Shown here piece after piece: positions 24,533 to 35,718 of a stretch of DNA of 63,244 nt. How positions within the stretch are numbered: the stretch's first letter is position 1; each line of letters begins with the position of its first letter. The position numbers and the translations under genes are program-made. The stretch spans positions 175,892,591 through 175,955,834 of the forward strand of contig NC_068982.1 in the NCBI RefSeq assembly GCF_001194135.2. The letters run 5' to 3'. The notes beneath the pieces are model-generated. The model was not told where the DNA came from. It was given only the letters and a program-made list of their open reading frames with translations, and did no database searches. The DNA comes from Octopus bimaculoides (lineage: Eukaryota).

Positions 24533-24916
24533 GTGTACGTGAGCGTGTATCTATGTATATACGCACACGCGTGCGTGAGTGTATATCTATGTATATATGC
24601 ACACGTGTGCGTGAGTGTGTATCTATGTACATATGCACACGTGTGCGTGAGTGTGTATCTATGTATATATGCACACGTGTGCGTGAGTGTGTATCTATGT
24701 ATATATGCACACGTGTGCGTGAGTGTGTATCTATGTATATATGCACACGCGTGCGTGAGTATGTATCTATGTATATATGCACACGTGTGCGTGAGTGTGT
24801 ATCTATGTATATATGCACACGTGTGCGTGAGTGTATATCTATGTATATATGCACACGTGTGCGTGAGTGTGTATCTATGTATATATGCACACGTGTGCGT
24901 GAGTGTGTATCTATGT
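24533..24916. repeat. 36-bp minisatellite, ~10.7 copies, runs into a gap
   Basis: Unit GTGTGCGTGAGTGTGTATCTATGTATATATGCACAC; gives the HRYTLTHTCAYI 12-aa repeat in the ORF track. Confidence 0.95.
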
Positions 24917-25481
24917 NNNNNNNNNNNNNNNNNNNNNNNNNNNNNNNNNNNNNNNNNNNNNNNNNNNNNNNNNNNNNNNNNNNNNNNNNNNNNNNNNNNN
25001 NNNNNNNNNNNNNNNNNNNNNNNNNNNNNNNNNNNNNNNNNNNNNNNNNNNNNNNNNNNNNNNNNNNNNNNNNNNNNNNNNNNNNNNNNNNNNNNNNNNN
25101 NNNNNNNNNNNNNNNNNNNNNNNNNNNNNNNNNNNNNNNNNNNNNNNNNNNNNNNNNNNNNNNNNNNNNNNNNNNNNNNNNNNNNNNNNNNNNNNNNNNN
25201 NNNNNNNNNNNNNNNNNNNNNNNNNNNNNNNNNNNNNNNNNNNNNNNNNNNNNNNNNNNNNNNNNNNNNNNNNNNNNNNNNNNNNNNNNNNNNNNNNNNN
25301 NNNNNNNNNNNNNNNNNNNNNNNNNNNNNNNNNNNNNNNNNNNNNNNNNNNNNNNNNNNNNNNNNNNNNNNNNNNNNNNNNNNNNNNNNNNNNNNNNNNN
25401 NNNNNNNNNNNNNNNNNNNNNNNNNNNNNNNNNNNNNNNNNNNNNNNNNNNNNNNNNNNNNNNNNNNNNNNNNNNNNNNNN

Positions 25482-25562
<81 letters not shown>

Positions 25563-25854
25563 CGTGAGTGAAAAAGTATGTCTGAGTGTATGTGTGTATC
25601 TGAGTTCACGTGTATGTATATGTGAAAGGAGGATTGCTCGACTGTCTGCGCGCATGTGCATTTCAATATACTATGACGTAAGATGATAGACCACGTGCTA
25701 GGATCAATAAATATTGGTTTGGTGCTGCTGTCGTTACTCCACTGCTGATTTGCTGCTGCTGCTGTTTTTTATATTTTTGTTGGTGTGTTTGTTGTTGTTG
25801 CTGTATGTTAATGTATTCGTATGACTGACTTAATGTTTGTGTGCAGGTGTAATT

Positions 25855-25857
25855 GTG

Positions 25858-25889
<32 letters not shown>

Positions 25890-26275
25890 TGTATGTATGT
25901 ATGTATGAGTGTGTGTGTGTACGAGTGTGTGTATGAGTGTGTATATGAGTGTGTATGAGTGTGTGTATTTATGTACGATTGTGTGTGTGTGCATGTGTGT
26001 GTGTATGAGTGTGTATTTATGTACGATTGTGTGTGTGTGTGTGTGCATTTGCGTATGTATGAGTGTGCGCGCGTATGTATGAGTGTGTATGTGTGTATGT
26101 ATGAGCGTGTGTGTATGTATGAGTGTGTATGTACGAGAGTGTATGTATGAGTGTGTATGTGTGTATGTATGAGCGTGTGCGTGTGTATGAGTGTGTATGT
26201 ACGAGAGTGTATGTATGAGTGTGTATGTGTGTATGTATGAGCGTGTGTGTATGTATGAGTGTGTATGTACGAGAG
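25855..26275. repeat. Degenerate (TATG)n/(TG)n compound satellite
   Basis: Directly visible; recurring GTGTATGAGTGTGT and GTACGAGAGT subunits. Confidence 0.9.
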
Positions 26276-26905
26276 NNNNNNNNNNNNNNNNNNNNNNNNN
26301 NNNNNNNNNNNNNNNNNNNNNNNNNNNNNNNNNNNNNNNNNNNNNNNNNNNNNNNNNNNNNNNNNNNNNNNNNNNNNNNNNNNNNNNNNNNNNNNNNNNN
26401 NNNNNNNNNNNNNNNNNNNNNNNNNNNNNNNNNNNNNNNNNNNNNNNNNNNNNNNNNNNNNNNNNNNNNNNNNNNNNNNNNNNNNNNNNNNNNNNNNNNN
26501 NNNNNNNNNNNNNNNNNNNNNNNNNNNNNNNNNNNNNNNNNNNNNNNNNNNNNNNNNNNNNNNNNNNNNNNNNNNNNNNNNNNNNNNNNNNNNNNNNNNN
26601 NNNNNNNNNNNNNNNNNNNNNNNNNNNNNNNNNNNNNNNNNNNNNNNNNNNNNNNNNNNNNNNNNNNNNNNNNNNNNNNNNNNNNNNNNNNNNNNNNNNN
26701 NNNNNNNNNNNNNNNNNNNNNNNNNNNNNNNNNNNNNNNNNNNNNNNNNNNNNNNNNNNNNNNNNNNNNNNNNNNNNNNNNNNNNNNNNNNNNNNNNNNN
26801 NNNNNNNNNNNNNNNNNNNNNNNNNNNNNNNNNNNNNNNNNNNNNNNNNNNNNNNNNNNNNNNNNNNNNNNNNNNNNNNNNNNNNNNNNNNNNNNNNNNN
26901 NNNNN

Positions 26906-26953
<48 letters not shown>

Positions 26954-27678
26954 TAGCTTGTATCTATGTGAATGCGACTACCTACTGATGCGTATGTTTC
27001 AGGGTGCGTGTATATATCTAGAAAATCATCTCAGATATGTTCCCTTGCAACCAGCACAAGCGTGCGCGCCTACACACACACACACACGGACACACACGCA
27101 CACACACACAGACACACAGACACACCACACACAGAAATACCTGTGTGTGTATATATATAATAAATATATATTACACACGCACACACATACACAGACACCC
27201 CCCACACACAAATACCTGTATATATATATATATAATAAATACATATTACACACGCACTTACACACACATACGCGTTATATAAACACATAGTCATGTGCAG
27301 ACTTTATTGTGTCTGATCGCTTCTATACTTGCTGCTTCTATTGGTTTTGTTGCCGTTCTCGTCTCTTATGTAATTTGGCGCGTTTTTAAAAGATGGTGTG
27401 AAGTATATTAATCAGCTGTCTGTGTTTATTTATAAGTCCGTACGGGAATGTGTGCATGCGAATGTTGTTATCCAGCTCCATATAAATCCTGTACGAGTTA
27501 ACCGATAATAAAAGGCATTCCAGATCTGACCTTCCAGGCTTTTCAGAGGTATGTAGGATACATTATCTAATGCATTCCTTTCTTAAGACCGTAGAGTGGC
27601 TGCTGTTTCTAGACGGTCGATTAACCACGTAGCGCCTCCCTTAAAAATCCAATTTATCATCCTTATTTATTTATCTTT

Positions 27679-27860
27679 TTTTACTTGTTTCAGTCATTTG
27701 ACTGTGGCCATGCTGGAGCACCGCCTTTAGTCGAGCAAATCGACCCCCAGAACTTATTCTTTGTAAGCCTAGTACTTATTCTATCGGTCACTTATACCGC
27801 ACCGCTATGTTACGGGGACATAAACACACCAGCATCGATTGTCAAGCGATGCTGGAGGAA

Positions 27861-27930
<70 letters not shown>

Positions 27931-28095
27931 CACACGACGGCCTTCTTTCAGTTTCCGTCTATCAAATCCACTCACAAGGCTTTGGTCGGCCCGAGGCTAT
28001 AGTAGAAGACACTTGCCCAAGGTGCTACGCAGTGGGACTGAACCCGGAACCATGTGGTTGGTAAGCAAGCTACTTACCACACAGCTACTCCTGCT
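27679..28095 (-). mobile_element. SINE family A, full length with expanded internal (CA)n(TA)n
   Basis: Complete reverse-complement copy; a further partial copy lies at ~28385-28631. Confidence 0.92.
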
Positions 28096-29229
28096 CCTAT
28101 GTGTCTATATATATATTTTTTTTTTGGCGGGGAACTGTGAATCTCGAAGCACATATAAAGCTATAAGTAGTAGCTGCTCACGACAGCCTTCGATGTTTTC
28201 TATCAAACAGGGTTTATCAACCCAGTATTTATGTTTCTATCAATAGCCTTACGCTTGCTTCGAGATCCATTGTTCCAAAAAGGAATTATTTCACGTTCTC
28301 TTGAAAGTTTATAATTCTAATGATGTCAACAACAACACATACGCGCGCGCGCGAACACACACACACACAGAGCTTTTTATCTTTTAGTTTTTACTTGTTT
28401 CAGTTATTGAATTACCGCCATGTTGGGACATCACCTTAAAAGTTTAGTCGAACAAAGTGACACCAGTACTCATTTTTCAGGTATGTTATTATTCTATCGA
28501 CTTCTTTTGTCGAACTGCTAAGTACGGTGACGTAAACAAGTCAACAAAGGAGGTCAAGTCTTGGTGAGGATACAAACAAAACACACACACACAAAAATAA
28601 ATACACAACGGGTTTCTTTCAGTTTTCGTTTNNNNNNNNNNNNNNNNNNNNNNNNNNNNNNNNNNNNNNNNNNNNNNNNNNNNNNNNNNNNNNNNNNNNN
28701 NNNNNNNNNNNNNNNNNNNNNNNNNNNNNNNNNNNNNNNNNNNNNNNNNNNNNNNNNNNNNNNNNNNNNNNNNNNNNNNNNNNNNNNNNNNNNNNNNNNN
28801 NNNNNNNNNNNNNNNNNNNNNNNNNNNNNNNNNNNNNNNNNNNNNNNNNNNNNNNNNNNNNNNNNNNNNNNNNNNNNNNNNNNNNNNNNNNNNNNNNNNN
28901 NNNNNNNNNNNNNNNNNNNNNNNNNNNNNNNNNNNNNNNNNNNNNNNNNNNNNNNNNNNNNNNNNNNNNNNNNNNNNNNNNNNNNNNNNNNNNNNNNNNN
29001 NNNNNNNNNNNNNNNNNNNNNATATATATATATATATATACACGTGCGAATTTGTGACAGACTGTCTAAATTTTACGGGAACTGTTGACGGGAGACCGTC
29101 ACAAGTAAACAAATAGCCCTTAAAAACGAACTATAAGCGTTAAGGTGAAAGCTTTATCATAAGAACTACAAGAAGGTAGGACTAACAATCGTAAGTTTGT
29201 ATTAAATTACAAATGGTATTTTGCAGCAT

Positions 29230-30580
29230 GCAAGCCACACCATCATGGTTGTAAATGTCTCCACCTCCCGGGGTAACCAGTGTTCATTCTGGAAAGGAGT
29301 CTAGAATGTAAAAAAGCAGCATAATCACGATGCAGAATGGTTAGACAGGGTACAAGAGGGGTACTGTTTCTTCTAATACATTTAAAATCACTAACGGAAT
29401 TCTGACGACCGATGCTAAAATACTGACTAGAAAACAACGAGTTTAATAAGATCATTTCTCAAAATGCTCTTGCAGCATCAGTGCTTGTATCAACATTTGA
29501 GATCCGCGGTTTGGATCTCAAGACTGGAAGATAGTTGACATTACTGTCAGCTATTGTATCAACCATGATATAGGCAAGATAAATGTTAAATGGTAGACAG
29601 GTTTAAATGCAAATATATAAATAAAGTCAGTCCAAATGGCCTTTGAATGCTGGATTGTCTCAGAAAACACCCATTGAACAGTAAAGAGAGTAATGTGCAC
29701 AACACACGTGTATTCAGCTATGAAAATGATAACATCTTGAAGGTACGTGAAGAACCCCTGAATAAGTACTCTGAGTATTTAACTGTCCTATTTGATCTAA
29801 ACGTAATAAATCTACTAGAAATCCTTGAAATAGAAACTCACATTAGCAGAAACCTATGCGTGGATTCATATCCCATAGGTTAGAAGGTACCAATAACATT
29901 AACAGGTAAAGTAGATCCTCCTGGGTTTGTGATAAATGTATTGCATCTAACATAGAAGGATATGCTTTCAATATTCAGAAACAGGAAACCGTTAGTAAGT
30001 ACATGATTAACAACTTTCCGCATTGTGAGAAAAATAATGACAATACTGTCATACTAGAATGGAACCCACAATACTGGTAGTTATCCTAAAATGCCTGCAA
30101 GGTACTGCCTGCCTTCCAAAGAGACATGGTATTGTTGCCAATATATATTTACTGTACCATCTGTCGAATGAATTGCCCTGATGGAAACCATGACCAGAAC
30201 CAGAGCCATCGCTTCAGAATAAGGAATGCTGCTGGAATATTGTAATAAAAATGCAACAGTCAGGTACAAATAAAACAGACTTGATATTTTTTTATGGGTC
30301 AGAGAACAAAAATATGTATCGTTACAAAGATCAGTTGTCCAGTGGATCAGAGGGTTTGTCAAAAGTTTTGGAAATAGAATAGTATCAACTTTTAGCTCTC
30401 GTAATCCGCTATCAATTCTAATTTGTGCCTATTATAGTAGATTGGCAACAGATTTACATAAAAGTCTGGAAATGTTAGGTTTTTTTTTTTCCAAGAAAGA
30501 GCAAAAATATACTCGCCTCCTCCAAATTCATTCGATTAGTGATATAGTGATGGCTTGCAAAGTACAGCGAGCTTATATGT
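29230..30580 (+). mobile_element. Decayed R4/Dong-clade (restriction-like endonuclease) non-LTR retrotransposon
   Basis: Fragmentary translations FWKGV..KKQHNHDAEWLDRVQE, EGYAFNIQ, CLPKRHGIVANI (zinc-knuckle region), NKxDLI (RLE motif) and LQIHSI..CK resemble R4/Dong ORFs; many stops and frameshifts. Confidence 0.65.
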
Positions 30581-31533
30581 GGTTGGTCGGTATTCAAGAA
30601 TTAGCAGCCAACTCACCCTTAAATCAGTACCGTATCATCTTAAAAAAAGGAAAGGAACATATAAAATGATGTTGTCCTAAATGCTGCTTAAAAGGAGACG
30701 GAAACGCCAAGAATGCTTTTGGTCATGGGTTTGCTCGACTGGAGTTGACCTGGAAATAAACAACAACAACTCGCCTAAACCTTTTACTCTCCTCACCTCT
30801 TTCATTTTAAAGATGTAGTGCTTTCTTGTCTTGATCTCCCGCGATGATGAAGTTATGGATCAGTGTGGTTAGACAAAAACTCCACTCCCTAAACAGCAAC
30901 GGATCTTCAAAGAAGGGTGCAGCTACGCGAACAACCGGAGAATCGCGACATTTCTTAGCTATAGTACACCGTATGAGCTCTTTACAAGCGAAGAAACTAA
31001 AGAAGAGTTGTATTTCATTGTCGTTGACCTGCATGATAGTTCAACTGCCTCAACGAAAGCCATCTGTTTGTGGCTCTAAGAATTTTCGGCCTTGACTTGT
31101 GCTGGGAAAAAAAGCGCAAAACGTAACAACACGTTCAATTTTATAGTCACAGAAGCCGTTAAACTAGCGACGAAAAGAAAAAAATGAAGCAGGGTGGCCA
31201 CTGACTTCAAACAATTCAGGTTTCATGTTAGTATATATCCTTATCCAATATGCATTTACAAAACTTGTAAATAGATAAATACTTTCACATGTATATACAT
31301 ACTCTATTAGACGGCCTCAGGGCGCACATATACCAAACTCCTCACCAAATAAGCTGGGGTTGCTGGTTTAGTTACTGATGGCTCAACCGTCATTTACCGA
31401 CATATATGGTTACCAGTAGAAGGTCTCTAGTCATCAACAGCGTAACCCCCCCCCCCCNNNNNNNNNNNNNNNNNNNNNNNNNNNNNNNNNNNNNNNNNNN
31501 NNCACACACACACACATACACACATACACACTG

Positions 31534-31766
31534 GGCGGCGAGCTAGCAGAAACGTTAGCACGTCGGGCGAAATGCTTAGCGGTATTTCGTCTGCCGCTAC
31601 GCTCTGAGTTCAAATTCCGCCGAGGTCGACTTTGCCTTTCATCCTTTCGGGGTCGATAAAATAAGTACCACTACGCACTGGGGTCGATATAATCGACTTA
31701 ATCCGTTTGTCTGTCTTTGTTTGTCCCCTCTGTGTGTAGCCCCTTGTGGGTAGTAAAGAAATAACG
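31534..31766 (+). mobile_element. SINE family B, full length, young copy
   Basis: Exact 11-bp TSD CATACACACTG (31523-31533 and 31767-31777). Confidence 0.95.
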
Positions 31767-32109
31767 CATACACACTGGCATTAAATCCACTCTTCTTTAT
31801 TTTCATAGAGCTAATACTTAGCGTCTATTATTACAGTGAAAACCATCAATGAAACCTAGAAATTATTTGTGAACGATCAAAAGGCTTCTATGAGAAATAT
31901 CTAAAACGCCAAGAATTGGATTCAGTAACATTTTCGGTTTATACCGGGGATAGAATTTGAACAAAAGAAATGCATATATTTGAACACGGAAAATGTTTCC
32001 CCGACCCACCAAGCTTAATATTACTGGTCGCTTTATCTCCTTTGTTCCACAGAAGAAGCGCAACAAGATTTCATAATGTAGTATTGGTACTGATGTCAGC
32101 ATTTAAGAT

Positions 32110-32470
32110 ACTTGATTGACTTTTGGGTGGAAGGCACTCCATATATATATTAGAATTTGTAAGATCTTGATACCAGCAATAAGCTTCTACAGAAAAAGTG
32201 ACATTGACAAGCTCTCTTTAAGAAGGAAAGAGCGTGGAAATGGGCTTGAAGTAAATGCAGACAGGCAGTAAATGTTTTATATCACTCAAACTCTAGCAAA
32301 CAGCATCAGCAAAAAATAAATATATCAACGAAAAAGTCCTCAAAAGTGAAGGGAACTTTTCAAGGAGTGCTCATTTCTAGATGGCCTTCTACGCAACACT
32401 AGAATTGATGCACAAGCGTACCTCAACAATGCTCTGGAAGAGAAACAATCCCCATACTAAAAAATAAAAG
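32110..32470 (+). mobile_element. Second R4/Dong-like RT fragment
   Basis: AGTGACATTGACAAGCTCTCTTTAAGAAGGAAAGAGCGTGGAAATGGGCTTGAA = SDIDKLSLRRKERGNGLE, like the SDxDRLYxxRxxGGRGL motif of this group. Confidence 0.55.
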
Positions 32471-33624
32471 TTATATAGAAGTATGTTCCCGGAAACTTGA
32501 GGATAATACTGTCACTGACAGGAAGTATAGATTTTCTTGAATTCTTAACTGTTATATCACGTCATGTTTCATCACACTTATTTGCAACCCACTGCAATAC
32601 ATACGTACAAAATAGTTTATGAATGTCATAAGAACAAAAGAGGGCCAAACCATTATGCATCAAAAACGCGACCGAAAATGTCAGTAAACTTAGATCCCCG
32701 TGGAAGATATTACACATGTAATCAACCGTTCATAATGTCATTAAGGTGCTACCTTCCAATATGGCATGACATTGATGCGCAAACAATATACAATGCCATC
32801 TGTAGGCTGGAATAAATTTAGAAAATAGTTTTATTACTCGTGACATATATATGTATTAGCAGAAGAAATATTAGCGGAACATTCTTCTGCCAAATGCAAA
32901 CAAAACAGGCCTGATATATTGTGTAAGAGAGAAAGAAAACTTAAGTACAGTTACAGAGGTTAGCTGTCCTGCAGATATTTCTTTCAAAATGATTATGAAA
33001 GAGAATATTTATGTATAACTTCTTCGAAATCTATACTTTATCTATTCGGATTATAAATGTACAATCGTGTCTATAATTACTGGAGCTCTTAGTTCGCTGT
33101 ATTAGTAAATGTCTAACTGGTAATCTTGAAAAGCTGTGGAACTTTACATAAAAAAAGAGACCGGCTAATACGAACTTTGTAAATATAATCTGTAAGCAAA
33201 GCCGTAAAAATACGCAAGCTTACAAAAAGAAAGTCAACGTGTCGTTTCACTGTTTTTTCTTTAAATAGAAATTCCAGATAAATTATTAGAAACAAGCTCC
33301 TTCTTTATAGAAAGAATTCATATGATTAAGAAGGATAACTACATTACATATAGAAAACTGCAAAGATACAGTAACATAAAAATAGAGTAGTCAATTTTGG
33401 ACCAACAACCATTATATTAGCTCCCACTTTGAGAGCATGCTTTTGAAATCCAGTAATTGGAAATATAAAAAAATAAGATTGCAACAAAAGAATATGAAGG
33501 TACAGGCAAAACAACTGCGACAGAGCCATCATGATACCATTTACGTATGACAACTGATGCAGTGGAGAAAACCCTATACAATGCAATTCGTAAGCAGAAT
33601 AGACTTGAAAATCCAAATGGTTTC

Positions 33625-33830
33625 AAATTTTGGCACTAAACCAGCAGTACTAGGGGAGGGAATAAGTCGATTATATTGAGTCCAGTGCTTAACTGGTACT
33701 TATTTTATCAATCCAGGAAGAGTTAAAGGCAAAATCGATTTCAGTGGTATTTGATTTCAGAACGTAAAGAGCCTGAAGAAATGCTGCTAAGCATTTTGTC
33801 CGAGGCGCTAACGAATCCATCAGCTTATTG
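33625..33830 (-). mobile_element. SINE family B copy, diverged
   Basis: Reverse complement of the family B body (CTGGTACTTATTTTATC...AGGCAAAATCGA). Confidence 0.8.
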
Positions 33831-34214
33831 CTTTATATCCTGAAGATCAAAACAAAAGCAATCAGAGTAATGTGCAAATTATGCTCGCCTATAGTATTCA
33901 AGTATACAGATGGAATGATTTGAGTTTAGGAAAAGAATGTATCAAGTAGACGTTAATATAATGATAACGGTAAAAAGTGAAGAAAACAGAAATATCATTA
34001 TTTCTAAATTTCTCTAAAGGAGACTACGGCAGCAGTATTGGGTATTAATATCTATCGCCGAGCTAACATGGCAGCCTAGAGAAATAGGACGAATGCTACC
34101 GTTGATTAGCTCCGAGAGGCCATCACCTCTAGCTAGCTACGTGACACACAAATCTGTGTTCATTACAATCTTCGAACAGGGGACGTCATCAGCTTCCTTT
34201 TGCAACTTCAGCAT

Positions 34215-34255
34215 CCACAGACCAGTTTCGGGGTATTTGTCCCTTATCAATGTGG
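34215..34255 (-). ncRNA. Minimal type-I hammerhead ribozyme motif, U3/A8 core variant
   Basis: Minus strand: CCACA-UUGAUAA-GGG(ACAAAUAC)CCC-GAAA-CUGG-UC^-UGUGG. Stem I CCACA/UGUGG is perfect, stem II is 3 bp, and the cleavage triplet is GUC. Confidence 0.7.
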
Positions 34256-34435
34256 AGTAGCTGAACCCAGCAGGCGTCGCTGTTGACTGTCTGTACGAAG
34301 GTTTATTCATATATATTCAGTGGAACACATCCACTGATTTTCAAAAATAGAAATCAGTGGATGTATTCCACTGAATATATATAAATAAACACTCGGACAG
34401 ACAGTCAACAGCGACGTCTGCTGGGTTCAGCTACT

Positions 34436-34476
34436 CCACATTGATATGGGACAAATACCTCGAAACCGGTCTGTGG
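34436..34476 (+). ncRNA. Minimal type-I hammerhead ribozyme motif, U3/A8 core, A9 changed to U
   Basis: CCACA-UUGAUAU-GGG(ACAAAUAC)CUC-GAAA-CCGG-UC^-UGUGG; helix III region is the palindrome ACCGGU. Confidence 0.65.
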
Positions 34477-35365
34477 ATGTTGAAGCAGCAAGGGGAATCA
34501 GATGACGTCCCCTGTTCGAAGATTGTAATGGACACAGATTTGTGTGTCACGTAGCTAGCTAGAGGCAATGGCCTTGCGGAGCGAATCAACGGCAGCATTC
34601 GTCTTATTTCTCTAGGCTGCCATGTTAGCTTGGCGATAAATAATAATCAGTGAAGAAAGCGTTTTTGATCTATAGCGAACTAGTAAGAAACCTAAAGACA
34701 CTACATTCCAATTATATCTTTAAACTAATACCTGTGGTTATTGAGGTTCTTTGTTACTTCACTAACTGCTTCAATACTGAACTTGAGAATCTAGGCTTCG
34801 CAAGACTACAATTGACAACCCATTTGAAAATTACAATTACACACCACTAATGGAACTTTAAAAATACGTAAAGCATTCCGTAAGTTTATCCTAAACTATA
34901 TGTACACACCATACGTGCAGACATGCACATGCAGACAACGTATACACTTTGATAAATTAAAACATACAGATTTAGTAACTCAATATGTGTGCAAACATAG
35001 ATTCGCATACATATATAAATAAAGCTTGCATACATATATACATGTGTAAAAACAGACAAACAAAAAATTCGGTAAATCTGCACTACTGTCTCGCTTTTTC
35101 GACATCTAGGAATATAGGTTAGGAATTTCTAATATATATATTATACCCGGGATAACTACATTGGTGATGAAAATGATGCGCAAAATGCAAGGATTATAAA
35201 TGGATTCTCAGTGAAAAAATCGAACCGGTCTATGCATGTGTACTCTCTCTCTCTATATATATATGTATGTACACAATGTAAATATATTAGCAATATTATT
35301 AAAAAAGAACGTGAATTAACTTGCAGAATTTCTAAATGGTTACACGGTTATTTGGTCAACTGTTC

Positions 35366-35718
35366 ATTCGTGGCACTCTGTCGGTTATGACGACGTGGGT
35401 TCTAATTGATCTGATCAACGGAACAGCCTGCTCGTGAAGTTAACGTGTAAGTGGCTGAGTACTCCACAGATACGTGTACCCTTAACGTAGTTCTCGGGGA
35501 GATTCAGCGTGACACAGTCTGTGACAAGATTGGCCCTTTGAAATATAGGTACACAGGTACAATAGAAACAAGAGGGTTCGCCCCCACCCTACCGGAACCT
35601 CGTGGAGCTTTAGGTGTTTTCGCTCAATAAACACTCATAACACCCGGTCTGGGAATCGAAACCGCGATCCCACGACCCCGAGTCCGCTGCCCTAACCACT
35701 GGGCCATTGCGCCTCCAC
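35366..35718 (-). mobile_element. SINE family C, full length
   Basis: Exact 10-bp TSD TCAACTGTTC (35356-35365 and 35719-35728); intact tRNA-like head. Confidence 0.93.

Larger units (their letters stand above)
34044..34647. mobile_element. 604-bp fold-back element: two inverted ~297-bp arms with a 10-nt spacer, probably Penelope pseudo-LTR-derived
   Basis: The left arm (34044-34340) aligns without indels to the reverse complement of the right arm (34351-34647), with about 27 mismatches by manual count. Each arm holds an HHR-like motif. The Penelope origin is inferred. Confidence 0.85.

Noticed and set aside
24533-24916. 36-bp periodic array as a possible CRISPR
   Set aside because: Units are head-to-tail with no unique spacers, there are no cas genes, and the context is eukaryotic.
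24433-25686. Long ORFs (up to 389 aa) with 12-aa repeats
   Set aside because: They are translations of the 36-bp minisatellite, an N-run and (CA)n; open in all frames, which marks an artefact.
30807-31095. Overlapping 75-83-aa ORFs in a CpG-retaining island
   Set aside because: No recognisable motif in any frame I read and no convincing splice pair; may be an unidentified TE fragment.
33344-33626. Two minus-strand ORFs with hydrophobic stretches
   Set aside because: No recognisable domain or splice support; length is within chance expectation.
34170-34192. Second CUGAUGA on the minus strand of the left arm as another hammerhead
   Set aside because: It is followed by no stem II and by GAAG rather than GAAA, and the right arm reads CAGAUGA.
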